From an uncultured Methanosarcinales archaeon (GTDB lineage: Archaea; Nanobdellota; Nanobdellia; Woesearchaeales; GW2011-AR4): 47,871 bases of DNA. The notes beneath the pieces were generated by a model. It saw only the letters and a list, made by a program, of their open reading frames with translations. It was not told where the DNA came from and did not search any database. The stretch covers positions 1 through 47,871 of the forward strand of contig CAZSIU010000003.1 of the NCBI GenBank assembly GCA_964607225.1, written 5' to 3'. Shown here piece after piece: positions 29,901 through 35,500 of the stretch (the first letter of the stretch is position 1; every line of letters begins with the position of its first letter). The translations under genes were made by a program, and so were the position numbers.

Positions 29901-32461
29901 CAGCTGGCAACAAAGTAACATTAGTGCTGACTTACATTATTGACATAACTCCGCCTCTTGTAACTTTCAACAAGCCATCTCCAAGACAGGTTGTGAGGGG
30001 AATTTTCAGAGTTAATATAACAGCAACAGATGCGTTAAGCAATGTTTCTAGCTTGTTATTTGCATTTAATGGAAGCTCAAACTTTACAATGAACAGAACA
30101 TCTCCAGAGGTTACAAGTGATTATTTCTTTGACTGGAACACAACAAATGCATCAGATAAAGAATACGTATTAAAGATATTTGGAAATGACACAGCAGGCA
30201 ACATTAAATTTGAGCCAAGGCTTGCAATTGTTGATAATACAGCTCCTGCAATAAGGCTTGACAGTCCGTCTAATAACACATTCAGCAAAACAAGGCTTAA
30301 CACATTCACATTTACTGTTTCAGAGCTTAACAATTTAAACAACTGCACATTACTTATTAATGGAAGCATTAATTCAACAATAACATCTCCAATCAAAGGT
30401 GAAAATAGCTTTAGTGTTAATTTGAATGATGCTCTTTATAGATGGACTGTTAATTGCTCTGATGAAGCTGTTGATGTTAATGGCACTAAAAATGTTGGAA
30501 CAAACTCAACAGAGCTATTGATCAGCATTGATACTGTTAATCCACAAATAAATATGTCAGTAAATGACACTTCTATTGTACAAGGAGATGTTGTAAATGT
30601 AACAGCAAATGTGAGCGATAACATTGGTTTGAGCTTCTGTCAGTTTGTTATAAATGAAACAGGTTCAAAGCAGTTCTTTAACAAGAGTGTTACAGGCACA
30701 GGTGATCAGTGCTCGCAAAACTTCACTTTAAGAATAGCAGGCACTGCTAATTTCACAGTTATTGTTAACGATACTGCGAATAACTTAAACCAGAGTGAAA
30801 GAATAGTAAATGTTAGTGATATAACACCGCCTCAAATAAATATGTCATTAAACGACACAATAATCGAGTTAAATGAAATCGTAAATGTAACAGCAAATAT
30901 AAGCGATAACATTGGTTTGAGCTTCTGTCAATTCATAATAAATCAAACTGGCTCTAAAGAGTACTTAAACAAAAGCATTAGCGGAGCAAATGACCAATGC
31001 TCGCAAATTTTTAATATAACACTTGATGCTGGCAATGTCATTAATTTCACAGTTATTGTGAATGACACTGCTAACAACAAAAACCAAAGCGAAATAATAG
31101 CAACTATTAATGATACAACATCACCAATTTTGGAAAGCATTTCCTTGTCATCTACCTCAATCACTTCTGGCTCTACATTAAAGCTAAGAATAAAATGCAT
31201 AGACAATTCCTCAAATCTAGCTCAGATTAATTTCACTTTACAAAGCCCAACAGGCAAGCTATTGAATAGAAGCTCTCCAGATTACTTTACAATACCTTCT
31301 GTAAAATCTTACATACTAAATTATACAATATTTGAAAAGAATGAATCTAGCGAAATAGGAACTTGGAATGTTACAGCAGTTGGATGCAAAGATAACTACA
31401 CTAATTCAATTTACAACACAACAACAGCTTTAACATTCACTGTAACATCAGCTCCAAGTCCTGCACCAAGCGCTGGAGCAGCTGGTGCAGGTGCTGGTGG
31501 TGGAGGAGGTGCACCATTTCCAGTATTTGAAGAAGAAAAAGTAAAAGAATTTAGCTTAAGCACAATCTCTATAAAAGAGCAATTGGCATTAGGTATTGCA
31601 AAAACAAGAACAATCACAATAAAGAATACTGGAAAAGATTCTTTAAGCTTTAATCTAAACGTAGTTACTGTTAATGACTTTGTTTTCTTATCAGATACAA
31701 GCTTCAGCTTAAATGCTGGAGAAGAAAAAACCATTGAAGCCAACATAATCGGTAAAAAGTTAGGCTCTTACTTTGGAGATATAGAAATTACAGCAGATGG
31801 CATCAAGAAAACAATTACAGTTATTGTTGAGGTTGAATCTGAGCAAGTTTTATTTGATGCAAAGATAGACATTCCATCTGCTTACAAAGAAGTTCAAGCT
31901 GGAGATGACTTGAAAGCACAGATAACATTGCTCAATGTAGGTCCTCCAAGAAAAGTTGATGTTACAACAACATACATTATAAAAGACAAGCTTGGCAATA
32001 TTGTTTATGAAGGCTCAGAAACATTTGCTGTTGAAAAGCAAACTTCTTTTGTCAAATCATTCAAAATACCAACTAACTTACAGCCTGGCGATTATCTTGC
32101 AATCATTGAGGTAAGATATGCAGATTCATTTGCTGTTTCAAGTGAATTATTTAGAGTTGTGCCAGAAGAAGAAACAATAGTTGAGAAAGCTGTTAAATCA
32201 AACAAAGTGATAATGTCAGTTTTAATTATTTTTGTTGGCTTGACATTCTTATTTGTTTATTTATTGGTTCCGAAAGTAATGATCCCTAAAGTTGTAAAGC
32301 TTGAAAATACACTTAATAAAATAAAAGGTGCTATTGCAAGAAATGACATTGAAAGTGCTAAGAAGATGTACATAAAAGCAAGAAAAATTTATATGACAAT
32401 GAAAATAAAAGACAAGAAGTCTTATAAGGAATTAATTAAGTTGTACAATAAGCTAAGGTGA
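8927..32461 (+). CDS. Giant (7844 aa) secreted, C-terminally anchored surface protein with ~15 LamG/concanavalin-like domains, Ig-like repeats and three inteins
   Basis: Signal-like N-terminus, repeated F(N)GT(I/M)DE(V/L)AIWN LamG motif, D(T/N)TxP Ig repeats, Gly-rich linker, C-terminal TM, abundant N-x-S/T sequons. Confidence 0.9.
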   Translation: MIGLSKKGDLKRILWILIVGMLLFGAFAGFLVFGETAEEEKLRLEAELAQLESDLSAIEGGRWVNYSCNVNQIFFNNYNCDNQIGYHTVKVLTEGIHNQRFNFSNQIADAHNLASVANVTTNGSVNQFIDDTDTDFLKGNLSLNVSIAGTGAGANVTLKPFGEITANASTVLLMHFNNDTGTGESASLFLDNSTYGNNGTCSLASNQCPIFNESNAKYGRAALEFDGLDDYFNISNSTKGKLSMGNSSFTVEAWVKPKNNIPNAINPMYITSQYCTGGNCPTAGFTWSVTQSGTVRIVFGRGSSYSLYTNKTISAGEWSHIAVNIVKVAAQSKAYINGISVNYTEQKPEDITNDISLIGTTNNNTAVGQINLEVDGGGSFFNGTMDELAIWNGSLSSDIIAMHAGYVIIGNFTSQVFDANKSVQWSYISWYQGADEKGVSNLYQQDLSNVINASTVLYMKFNNDTLESERQLNVTHNISAETNLVLYMPFDSANAKELKENGSTVLLMHFNNRSDWGENDTFFVDNSTLFNNGTCNLASSLCPSVNTTDFKFGRASLTFDGTNDFVNVSSLDNSTDLPSTLTTYSFETWFKGFGTSSGTTPATIGIRDSTGGNGIFLVVEHRTGASPGISVNIRDNANTLLNPITDVGDKLTDRNWHHEAVVRDGNTVRTYLDGALISTASATLGNIGWNQALIGSNNVGSIFNGSLDEVAIWNVSLSSQIIAQHSGYGIDRSIYGNNASLMNGSVINFTGKFQEAMQFDAFNDYVEIKDSDDWGFGTDDFAIEMWVNSKVPVVSANIYNLISQSESAASNYWSFRKNDDANLKWRFEANPGPSLNGGAETTMLEIGRWYHMAVTRVGGTLTIYQNGIAIASGSGATSMPNLNAPLHIGFRRNVVGDFNGTMDEVVIWKNKTLSADKIAEHAGAKIIDYSQYGNNGTRNFNSTSDFGRNFTDGKFSKALQFDGVNDFVNVTNITGLNLNGNAATLEAWVNPRAITGPPHTIIRKDLTGSDGGYFFDFSNEDNIRFSLGGLNGGNPLASTQSPTVDEWNHIAGTYDGSAMRIFLNGVQIASVATSGSITTGPDTTIIGNDEGLTTPVNGTIDELSIWNVSLSADEIRKHYEKGVLKLNLSYRTSQDNVTFTAWTSVGNNTLSAITSNAINRYFQYKADFNTTDARYTPILNNVSINYTIRSNLTIFDDTELRVVIANERFNFTANFTDFVKPINGTNINCTISLNSTGSYAAPIKMNFTSQNKYYYYETSFSNKTIASFNVTCDGTALGHRLMRTIDAFNVTVARVSNFNGTTTDYNNLAAFDNISNAILEIVGFGRITWLNTINITGADLNKNINISQNNIGLFPENLHRTLNTSANITIYNVQSLVSPRILRNNVTCPESICTLISYNGTAITFNVTSFSNHSVTNGTLNITVNLNNTLVSAGTPILVSGKANLSNGTNVSNNLIRLFVDGTEQGIGLNFIDNSDADFNKSTNLNATRVRGTGSNANVTLADWDYDPDGNLSVNLTAYWKFDEPTSSNNRSDYKGNNNLATNSTITRVDGVREGAANFTRTRQQYLNISNNTDLSVGGNISFTIAAWVFLDSEDVMYAVSKHNNVAGDMEWFLRFDGGTDTDKFRFQVVEGATTNKDVTSTTTVTNGTWYFLVAWYDDDANTINLQVDNSVVDTTTGIGALNFTGSPFRIGAFSRTPSNFWDGRIDEVAFWKRILTQKERNVLYNGTNASSYPYLSGNTFKPYKGNFTSQIFDAGRTVNFSYISWYQGADDKGVSAGYQQDLGGLVNASTVLYMKFNNDTLESERQLNVTHNISAETNLVLYMPFDSASARELTANASTVLLMHFNNVSPENYNMSNTTLIYDNSSYGNNGTLFLNTSAGNFTPNGGRFGGAFVFDGRDDFINITSLRGFSNGTNASTIEAWFKADGFPDGRTTIAGYGQDSTNSQRSFYLGIGTSGTDRVLKIRTNGDDTGGNTIVSTNTWYHAAVVDDGTNMKLYLNGILDASVARVGSGKLAEEAFIGRIDPGMGEAFFNGTIDEVAIWNVSLSSAIIAQHSGYGIDRSIYGNNATLMFNTTVNQSGKFGEAMQFGGNGFVNVTQSSNWNFSTRDYAIEFWVKFRGFVNNVIMVDLGGDTNIETRVQYDNVNKKFVVYRGGDLVVNTDWTASTDTWYHVAASVSSNNVRGYIDGSQIGTGSNTRPVNNTQNLIIGAFRNANGNFVNGTMDEVAIWNKTLSSDLIAQHAGAKIVDYSNYGNNGTRNFNSTSDFGRNFTDGKFSKALLFDGKNDWINVTNASGLNIIGNSITMEAWVYPITMTTNKAGVFRKNRGGPDGGFIFDIDTDDGLRMVLNVSGTQTLLTTAGIPQNNVWSHVAGTYDGTTMRLYLNGVQVASQASSGSIGVSDENLIIGNDPTLVSPFNGTIDEVAIWNVSLSSDEIRKHYEKGVLKLNLSYRTSNDSTAFSQWTPVPNNTLSTVGFSIADDSLIDVVEGVVVRNEKIKESGFLNMAEECRSTDERGTNNYLNVSILNSDKCKAAEAQHGRAPSSQLGVLSKYMRVQNSQRRVESPVRGALKTNSDNSENVVVKNVNESAFFTFSSSRNLSFLEGNCDFDIISSSSEISSIVQGCLDMLLCERCYEACNYLFNRHACFQHLQNLPDHDSGAFESGLAMADFAVRNDVFVDFDSHDVDEGKGLFKGIENQRFSGLPKMQSIFDSIGNQEIIPIDEFKKICPTLDCNVVDYITAKKKIKDIKEGDIVLSLDENSGKLKPAKVNALLDHGIKPIFELKTISGRAINTTAEHPYLVKLYDKALCDKYANTFWNKINEKEENGFHSQAIAPNQDLIPSRTNTIKQNLFKYLSVENEGTKLGSHSLASRMRVSSFKSELAHNSLSDRGSDFLRGSAGSNSLSNEMNLPPDACESLACSRHLPASKISSENEFEQNGYCTRWVEASELNEGMEIAAPRIENDVNQKEKYNNNGVSFNVPVLGSTLKPRDSNTTTPINTLSMISDIKTRVTSSLPLIFIRASPSFNLIIPPPDSTSLSAKALISSLSANSFGSTVKVAPVSTKALTFSECFLSKSNISASTHECPINTSNNNDIFKDIVFEKIASINAFDKQHVYDLSIEGTKNFIANDIIAHNTARYFQYKADFNTTDAKYSPILNNVTINYSGIFTDAFGRYNFTITAGSTAKTYEVKANTTFEGLNGQQNNTFRVTAIPVINRNFTIPTFPRFGQNVTFVVNVTDADNNILYINFTLKPANGSIINLTNGTRVGDLHNVSFNLTNYGTWFWNISLTDADGFIVNMTGTGEIILMQITVNLNATLVPASSPIAVSGHINLSNGSNVSNNVISIFVDGTEQISLHNFTDDTDTDFNAGTFINVSVQGTGTLANLTLNKNESGAYPNMTGNFTSQTFNAGGVANWSYISWTDVANNKYGQDLGDSINASMVLYMKFNNDTLESERQLNVTHNISAETNLVLYMPFDSAAARELTQNASTILLLHFNNRSDWGENNTFFVDNSTYKNNGNCTGTGCPAVNTTNYKFGGAALTFDGINDYVNISDKDSLDAVSAFNGTTVEAWVYVAGSPTATHQVVYKSNAYFLSVLSDDTVRFLVYEEPAGNGIFDATTTTTINRNEWHHLAGTFDGSNGKVYIDGALAITDSVDAGERVYQSNTFSLMIGSANTLDAFFNGTIDEVAIWNLSLSSGDIAKHSGYGIDRSIYGNNATVINGTTVNFTSFKFGEAMTFGTDNDFVRIKNNSLITFGNGVTDKPFSIEAWVNYNPSTARLGCAIAAKSSEGGEHEYILNKDGDDRLFLILYNRTGNSAIRRIANHNLTSLLGNWIHVVSTYDGSSSDTGIKLYLNGVQLSTTSASTAPYVAMTGSSDLLIGRWRPDSCNVTIDEFAIWNTTLTPDKISEHAGAKIVDYSQYGNNGTRNFNSTSDFGRNFTTNAKFGKALVFDGVNDYVNVTDLPSMNALTLEVWINPSDVSTNNVILGHNLAGNNNGDVNFIVKTDGKLYFLLSDGTSETEINTNTILNTNTWYYTAATYSGSTMTIYLNGLAEVTGTISNANPFAFSGNPNVGGDIDGKSNFFNGTIDELSIWNVSIESSLIAQHAQRGLTNLSIYYSASNDSTTWSDWTRATNNTLTAVGFSIADDSLVDVVDYVVVRNDVINDNYSTSNNLLMSSVDNISISDCSLNLFSLDQIAQSEANANAKYGISLECPANNFKALDSNFLNSDLGTTSVISDNKANDIINSKPPMPQNLQILCLSLYNSSSAKSGTINLAPLRYADLSKFLVKDSGLKNENKTLASTTINLICNAPNYGMYLLAKLSLYSSTSSEKLSSVSLLFFNISSTALNKSNILSFSSTALLNNDLVADLLSSSPIISLNLSGISILNSAILISPKETNENAYLKVVVNSKDLKENNEKEENQARSLDKTSVWRTEILNEFFVDSETTKTHTVSSNKQDKYKNLSVLDSDYSIIPIDEFKQICPSIDCGVVDYITTKKKIKDVKEDDYVLSLDEKTGKIVPAKVNALLDHGIKPIFELKTISGRAINTTAEHPYLVKLYDKALCDKYANTFWNRNTLTDIKSTITTSESIKNNEFDEKDYCTRWVEVSELKKEMEIAVPYYKTGAVKWEKIAFITTLDEQHVYDLAIEGTQNFIANDIIAHNTARYFRYLAKFNTSNSNLSPILNDVTINYTGIFTDNFGNYNYTFNAPTTATTYTVKVNATSNNIPGEALTTFRVTAIPVINTNFTIPTFPMFNRDVTIVANVTDADNTIVYVNFTLYAPNGSIINLTNSSRVGDLHNASFNLTSYGTWRWNITVFDSDGFLVNSSSTGEIILMQITENFNVTATEANASISVSGHVNLSNGTNVSDSLISIFFNEVLMGINNLTPVGNYKQKQFVDDSDSDFLKGNLSINSRVVGTGAGANVTINISSLQNQTQNIQQRGITVNASTILYLRFEEGTGQYANDSSQYGNNGTFGATTASASDDPVWNSSAKFGSFGVSFNTNDFVNISDSNSLDVVGNLSIEAWIKPNSLSASGRAMLVDKADYPTANDVGYTIFLDPSGSNLIINGFIANSGGSCQITGTQAFTSNEWHHVAFTYDGVRGRTYVDGLTDTDSACTQSPAANAVHLTVGMTSDARNFYNGTIDEVGIWNISLDNATILQHYQLGWGYFNTSNFTSQVFDANAVVNWSYISWYQGADDKGISNLYQQDLSNVINASTVLYMKFNNDTLESERQLNATHNISAETNLVLYMPFDSANARELKENGSTVLLMHFNNDTGTGENASLFLSNATFSNVTNGTCNLASGFCPVFNKSNARLGAAALEFDGVDDVVNTTFKPKNMLGTNKSFSISLWTFLKSAKNQNFIHTPVGDGGDRFYFIVDTGTYIIGLGSQFKDTGIVPVTGFWQHLVVTWNGSSSLKLYVDGALRKEESYTGDGQPANGNMVIGASASDGSLVINGTIDEVAIWNISLSSGDIAKHSGYGIDRSIYGNNATLMNGTIVNQSGKFFEAMQFDGKGDFVNLSNDSDFNFGTGEFAVEFWMKTTDTSDNSLIDKSISESPFSGWYFYFRGAGDIDFFANNDANTLDGKIKTNDGNWHHITATRRGTTSYLYVDAVLDVSAAHSSNDNTAAALLIGTQRSSALFFNGTMDEVAIWNKSLSSDLIAQHAGAKIIDYSQYGNNGTRNFNSSSDFGRNFTDGKFSKALLFDAINDYVNVSDSSSLDINNSLTIEAWVKFDGLPNDNMNIVSKGDTSIANYNYNIRTNLAQLDYAWKCCGTTDNVYRTTSSVLTTGVWTHIAATHVSGNTPKIYINGIEQSASITSGAATTPLNYSADHLYIGSRGRNEASGAFVNGTIDEVAIWNISLSESEIRKHYEKGVLKLNLSYRTSNDSTTFSQWYGAGNNTLSTVGLCVAEDSLITLANGSKKKIKEIQEGEYVQSLDEKTGKIVTNKVNALLDMGNKTVYQLTTESGRAINTTKEHPYLIRIYKNSNSSGRSLITLPSISSGECCFSNLEIERFCASKSFARILNSQIPKCLEEANCSSVKCLSRVISNLCSDKVSSNTSPFSIPLGDNLTSCPNLDKKENKPLCTFSSNKNFILGRDKFETSFCELSSKLQSCFDVLFNQGRVCFKDFFCSSSIFEHFQNYRNHDSCTFESRLSMANIGINNDIIINFDSHEINNDSSVFKYYENNSASLLELKDELIEINNVTAKWVRVNQLKKGMEIAVPDYESNTIKWEKIVSINVLEPQHVYDLSIEGTKNFIANDIIAHNTGRYFQYKADFNTTDARYSPILNNVTINYSGIFTDAFGNYNYTFRAPSSGSYSIKVNATYANISGEAFTTLQIDTSAPRINFTRPTPANNSRAVGNAQKINISITDNAVSRCTLQVHNGTDNATNFTMEIRGLNCNVTITTLDGYNYTLKAYATDTAGNENSTENHTFRENTKPEIPTLNAPANNSRLLTTSVILNYTTNDNDTDNVNYIVYFDTSTNPTTIVYRSTSKTFVVSTTRGTTYFWKVQADDTFENSSNSTIRQFTINSLPPTPLIITPNLTGIQLRGSQTYNVSWVNSTSDAEGDQVNISLYYSTDSGLTYPNFITSNLTNNGTYGWLVPSIDSNKARIKAIATDSYETSEDTSDNDFTIDSTAPTITLDNPPNGSSFNNGTFINLTITDNLVGGINVSWNNNSYVGAPNRTDFNGTYDINTTDWQVGEVNISVYANDSVGNLATAYFRFSITDVQPVVTFNAPSPNQVIRATFRVNVSSTSQLDDAAFVNFTYEGATQNFTMTQAGNDYFYDFDTTTVADRQRRLSVYGNNSAGTVVRADIFATIDNTAPAIRLDSPANDTWKNSSVTFVYVPNDVTTSIVNCSLIINGTINRTNSSISEGIENLFSNVVFGDGIYRWDVNCTDTIGNNGSNGTARLLKIDTIIPTITLLDPPNDTSIRGNKTINFSVTDSGGAGIANLTWSSNYLLDQTSFIGTYGINTSEFPEGKTNITIVANDSAGNKVTLVLTYIIDITPPLVTFNKPSPRQVVRGIFRVNITATDALSNVSSLLFAFNGSSNFTMNRTSPEVTSDYFFDWNTTNASDKEYVLKIFGNDTAGNIKFEPRLAIVDNTAPAIRLDSPSNNTFSKTRLNTFTFTVSELNNLNNCTLLINGSINSTITSPIKGENSFSVNLNDALYRWTVNCSDEAVDVNGTKNVGTNSTELLISIDTVNPQINMSVNDTSIVQGDVVNVTANVSDNIGLSFCQFVINETGSKQFFNKSVTGTGDQCSQNFTLRIAGTANFTVIVNDTANNLNQSERIVNVSDITPPQINMSLNDTIIELNEIVNVTANISDNIGLSFCQFIINQTGSKEYLNKSISGANDQCSQIFNITLDAGNVINFTVIVNDTANNKNQSEIIATINDTTSPILESISLSSTSITSGSTLKLRIKCIDNSSNLAQINFTLQSPTGKLLNRSSPDYFTIPSVKSYILNYTIFEKNESSEIGTWNVTAVGCKDNYTNSIYNTTTALTFTVTSAPSPAPSAGAAGAGAGGGGGAPFPVFEEEKVKEFSLSTISIKEQLALGIAKTRTITIKNTGKDSLSFNLNVVTVNDFVFLSDTSFSLNAGEEKTIEANIIGKKLGSYFGDIEITADGIKKTITVIVEVESEQVLFDAKIDIPSAYKEVQAGDDLKAQITLLNVGPPRKVDVTTTYIIKDKLGNIVYEGSETFAVEKQTSFVKSFKIPTNLQPGDYLAIIEVRYADSFAVSSELFRVVPEEETIVEKAVKSNKVIMSVLIIFVGLTFLFVYLLVPKVMIPKVVKLENTLNKIKGAIARNDIESAKKMYIKARKIYMTMKIKDKKSYKELIKLYNKLR
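16415..16458 (-). ncRNA. Predicted ~45-nt antisense small RNA complementary to the adjacent tRNA-like gene
   Basis: Minus-strand BRE/TATA (CGAAACATTTAAATA, 16481-16495) and oligo-T terminator; 15-nt match to the D-arm and 11-12-nt match to the variable arm. Confidence 0.6.
16520..16628 (+). tRNA. tRNA-like gene: anticodon CTC, long variable arm, G73, 22-nt T-loop intron (16593-16614)
   Basis: Acceptor GCCGCGG/CCGCGGC; D GCTC/GAGC; anticodon stem CCCAG/CTGGG with loop TTCTCAA; V-arm TGTACT/AGTACA; T GCGGG/CCCGT, spliced loop TTCAAAT. A rather than U at position 8. Confidence 0.75.
16680..16722 (-). pseudogene. Truncated DUF5615 (PIN-like) toxin remnant
   Basis: LKFLLDENVKK right after the DUF433 gene matches MKFLFDENVHR of the intact copy in intein 3; similarity stops after about 12 codons. 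Confidence 0.6.
16718..16972 (-). CDS. DUF433 antitoxin-like protein nested antisense in intein 1
   Basis: ICHGKPTFKGTRIMVWQVLEML signature; TTTAAATA on - strand at 16995-17002, 23 nt upstream of the ATG. Confidence 0.85.
   Translation of the reverse strand: MRIEINKYIVADSEICHGKPTFKGTRIMVWQVLEMLEAGMPVEEIITSFITPLTKEHVKAALHYAADLTRGRDNVKVTVPLQEA
17012..17066. repeat. Palindromic repeat (TTTTCG...CGAAAAT family)
   Basis: ATTTTCGGGACTCCCGAAAAT and GCATTTTCGA; similar units at ~42977-43029 and ~46921-46975. Confidence 0.5.
17395..17454 (-). ncRNA. Predicted ~55-nt antisense small RNA complementary to the second tRNA-like element
   Basis: Minus-strand CCGAAAGATATTTAAATA (17475-17492) and T-rich terminator; 17435-17451 matches the variable arm 17595-17612 with one gap; CATAGCC matches the D-arm; own hairpin GGGT..ATAGC/GCTAT..ACCC. 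Confidence 0.55.
17512..17701 (+). tRNA. Second, degenerate tRNA-like element with a perfect BHB T-loop intron (17629-17651); anticodon unresolved
   Basis: GCTGG../CCAGC-G ends; V-arm GGATCTG/CGGATCC; T-arm GCGGG-TTCAAA[intron]T-CCCGC; anticodon arm and 3' acceptor interrupted by palindromic repeats. Confidence 0.55.
17821..18183 (-). CDS. Clan AA (retropepsin-like) aspartyl protease nested antisense in intein 1
   Basis: MGHSWVEAEI...ALVDTGATLTVLP...LIGVVVLESLGFSVDP; TTTAAATATA on - strand ~23 nt upstream of ATG 18183. Confidence 0.85.
   Translation of the reverse strand: MGHSWVEAEIFDLERKHSEKVKALVDTGATLTVLPKELADRLEIKALAEREVESGGGIIKLNEGEARIKIKGKEDVTRVLISEIIDKVLIGVVVLESLGFSVDPKTGTLKETPLLLYFSF
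21421..21846 (-). CDS. PIN-domain toxin nested antisense in intein 2
   Basis: IVVDASVLFS...LDEL...KDMPYFALAL..IWSNEKRFK; GGAG Shine-Dalgarno before ATG 21846. Confidence 0.85.
   Translation of the reverse strand: MRLIVVDASVLFSFFKPESFTRNLLKSAYLKGAKLIVPDFALDELYKLKQRICKFCGIGGLEFIISFALLSEITDVVPRSEFKKFESKALKLLAGHSKDMPYFALALASDCAIWSNEKRFKEQSEIDILSTDDIKRLFDVE
21862..22095 (-). CDS. Putative antitoxin upstream of the PIN toxin
   Basis: MAELRIEIPD...LKKSKLTDD; AGGTGA SD and TTTAAATAT (22129-22137) on the - strand. Confidence 0.75.
   Translation of the reverse strand: MAELRIEIPDRFNEIIGDELNKSATKSLLRSAVEEKLKILLLFKAVDDILKKSKLTDDNFSELVEEYRDNLAKRYMP
22170..22282 (-). ncRNA. Candidate ~100-nt small RNA inside intein 2
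   Basis: Minus-strand CCGAAAGATTTTTATA (22304-22319) and the same TTTTCTTCTTTTTCATT terminator as the 17395-17454 unit. Confidence 0.35.
26872..27207 (-). CDS. DUF5615 (Mut7-C/PIN-like) toxin nested antisense in intein 3
   Basis: MKFLFDENV...LGHDV...RLLITRDKHF...GIWLLR. Confidence 0.85.
   Translation of the reverse strand: MKFLFDENVHRGLFSFLSKLGHDVKLSPKGIENGEVFELTLSEQRLLITRDKHFTDEQFASSKHFGIWLLRIRAKDLEAQKRSISKLLKQHSPEEIEGKVIKLLPDEFEFL
27209..27442 (-). CDS. DUF433 antitoxin-like protein nested antisense in intein 3
   Basis: ICHGQPTFKGTRIMVS...ILEAYPSL; TATTTAAATA at 27465-27474, 23 nt upstream. Confidence 0.85.
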   Translation of the reverse strand: MRIEINDYIVVDSNICHGQPTFKGTRIMVSIVLEMLEDGATAKEILEAYPSLIKKHIKAALQFAAQLTERSFELVPA

Positions 32462-32584
32462 ATCAACCGAAATATATTTAAAGTTAGTTCTTACATTACT
32501 GTTACACTACAAAAAAAGAGGTGAATTTTTTGGATTTTGGTGTTTTATTTAGATTTATAATCTCTGATTTCTTTGTAGAGGTGA

Positions 32585-35500
32585 ATGGCTTTGGCATTTA
32601 AGAGATATATTTACAAGCATGGAAAAAAGCTTGGCCCTTATTATTATGAGAATATTCGTGGCCCAGATGGAAAAGTCAAAACAATTTATGTTGGCACAAA
32701 TCCAAGTCATCATCCACAGCATATAATAAGAAAGCCATTGTTTTTTTTGATTATTGTTTTGCTACTTATCTTGATCCTAGGTGGTTCTTTATTTTTGCTG
32801 CAGAATAAAGCATACTTGATAAAAAAGGTAAGAGTTCAAGAACCGGATTTCAACATTGACCAGCTCTTGCTTAAGGTCTTGGTAAGAAGCAACGAATTTC
32901 TGGAAAAGCAAGTAAGGGTAATGAATACTGGGGATGAGCAATCAACAATAAATGTTGAGGTTCAAGGCTTATTTGATATTGTAAAAATTGACTCAAATTC
33001 TTTTACAATAAAGCCAGGACAAACAAAGATTTTGAGCTTAAATTTCTCTTCTTATAATGAAGAGCAAAAAATAGAGCATCATCCTGGTGTTTATGTTGGC
33101 AAGCTTATTGTTAGTTCTGAAAAGGCATCTAGAGAAGTTCCAATAGTTGTTGAGATTGAAACAAAGAACGTTCTTTTTGATATGAACCTCAACCCAGTGG
33201 CTATTGAGAGAAAGGTTAAGCAAGGTAGCGATACAACAATAGAAGTTAGGTTGTTCAATCTTCAAAGCATTGAGTCTGCAAATGTAGATGTTGAGTATTT
33301 TGTCAAGGATATGAATGGCAACACTATACAAACAGAGAGCGAAACTGTTGTTGTAAAAACTCAAGCATCTTTCTTCAAGACTATATCTATACCTAGCAAT
33401 TTAAAGCCTGGCCCATATGTTTTTGCAGGCTTAGCAAGATTTGGCAACTCAATTGGAACATCAAGCTATTTGTTTGATGTGATTGGCCCAGAAGCAGAAG
33501 CAAGCTTTATTCAGTTCTGCAAAAATAGTGTGCTATGCTTAGGCTTGTCAATAACAACTTTGCTTTTATTATTTGCTTTAATGGCTTATCTATACTTCTT
33601 TGTTGGAGCTTATTTGTATGAGAAAGTTACTGGAGTAGTCACTATACCAAGAAAGAAAGAAGAAGAGATTGAAGAAGAAAGCGTATTTGACAAAATAAGA
33701 AATAAAATTGAAGAATGGAAGGCTGAACGAGAAGCAAGAAAGGCTGAAAAGGAAGAATTTGAAGGAAAAGATGAATTGCTAAGATTAGCAGAAGAAAGAA
33801 AAAAAGTATTGGCAAAGCCAAGCAAAAAGCTAAGCAAATTTTATGAAGTTCTAGATCAAGCAAAAGATGCTATTAACAAAAAGAACATTTCTGAAGTAAA
33901 AAAGCTTTATGTCAAAGCAAATGACTTTTACATTAATTTGCCAGATAAAGAAAAACAACAAGCTTATAGGAAGTTATTGGAGTTGTACAAGCAAAAAAAC
34001 TTGCTTGCAAAGGAATTTGAAAAAGAAGAGAAAATAAGACAAAAAGAAGAAAAAAGAAAGGCAGAGATAGAAAGTAAAAAGGAAGAGGCGTTAAGAAAGC
34101 AGAGAGAGCTTGAAGCGAAAAAGGTAGGAGAGGAAGAAAAAAGAAGAAAGCAAGAGGAATTAAAGAGGCAAAAAGAATTTGAAAGGCAAAAAGCTGTGGA
34201 AGAAAGTAAAATAAGAGAAGAGAAATTAACAAAGCAAAAAGAAGAGGAGCAAAGAAAAGCTTTAGAGGGAAAAAGGGAACTTGAAGAAGAAAGAAAAAGA
34301 AGAGAAGAACAGGAAAAATTACAGAAAGAGCTTGAAAAGCAAAGGCAAGAGCAGCTTAAAGCCCAAAAGCTTGAGACAATAAAGCAGATTGAGAGCAAGC
34401 TAATAAAAAATAAAGAAACGATAGAGCAGCTTAAATCTGAATTAAGGAAATTAGAAGAAGATAAAAATATTTTATCTAAGAAAATTGATGAAATTGAATC
34501 TGACTCAAGTAAAATTGATGATGAAATTCTTGAAAAATCCAAGCAGATTGATGAGATAAACGAACAAAAGAGTTCTTTATTGAGTACTTACAAGAAGCAG
34601 ATTGAAGAGTTAAATGAAAAGCAGGAAGCTGAAAAAATTACTAGAGGCTTAAAAATAAGAGAGTTGAGAGCTAAGTTAGCAGAAAAGCAACAAGCTTTAA
34701 TGAGAGAGCTTGAGGAAGAGCTAAGCAAGCTTGGTCCTGCCAAGAGAAAGAAAACAGAGAAATGGAGAAGGATGGAGCTAAAGGCGAAGCTAAAGCTTGA
34801 TGAGCATGATTTTGAAGAGGAAATTAAAAAATTAGAAAGCAGGACAACTGATGAAAAGAAAGCAATTGAGGATAATTACAAGAGTTCTTTAAAAGAAATA
34901 AACAAAAAGCAGAATGAAATTAAGATAAAAATTTCTGATTTGGAAAAAGAAAAAGAGCAAATAATACTTGAGAAAGGCAGTATTCCAAAAGAATTGCAAA
35001 ACAAAAACAATCAAATACAAAAAATAAATCAGCAGCTTGAATATCTTGAAAAAGAAAGAGAACAGCTTAATGCAGAGCTACTAAAGACTAAGTCAGAGTT
35101 GTCTAAATTCAAGGGATTTTTCAGCACTATAATTTCAAGCTATAAAGAAAAGGCTCAAAGAAGAAAAGAATCAAAAGAAGAAATAAAAAGGCTAAAGCAA
35201 GAAGAAAAGCTAAAGCGTGAAGAGGAAAAGAGAAAAGCTAAAGAAGAAAAATTAAGGTTTGAAGAAGTAAAGGGAAAAGAAGAAAAAATAAGCTTGGGAG
35301 AAATTGAGCTGGAAGAATTAGAAGAAAAAAAGCCAGCAGAAAAGAAACCAAGCTTCTTTAAAAGGTTGTTCAAGAAAAAGCCAGAGCTTAAATTAGAGCT
35401 CGAGGAAGAGCCAATTGCAGAAGAAAAATTCTTTGGAAAAACAAAAACAGAGAAAGAAGAAGTTAAAGAAATAAAAGAACTTGAAGAAGAAAAAGAAAAA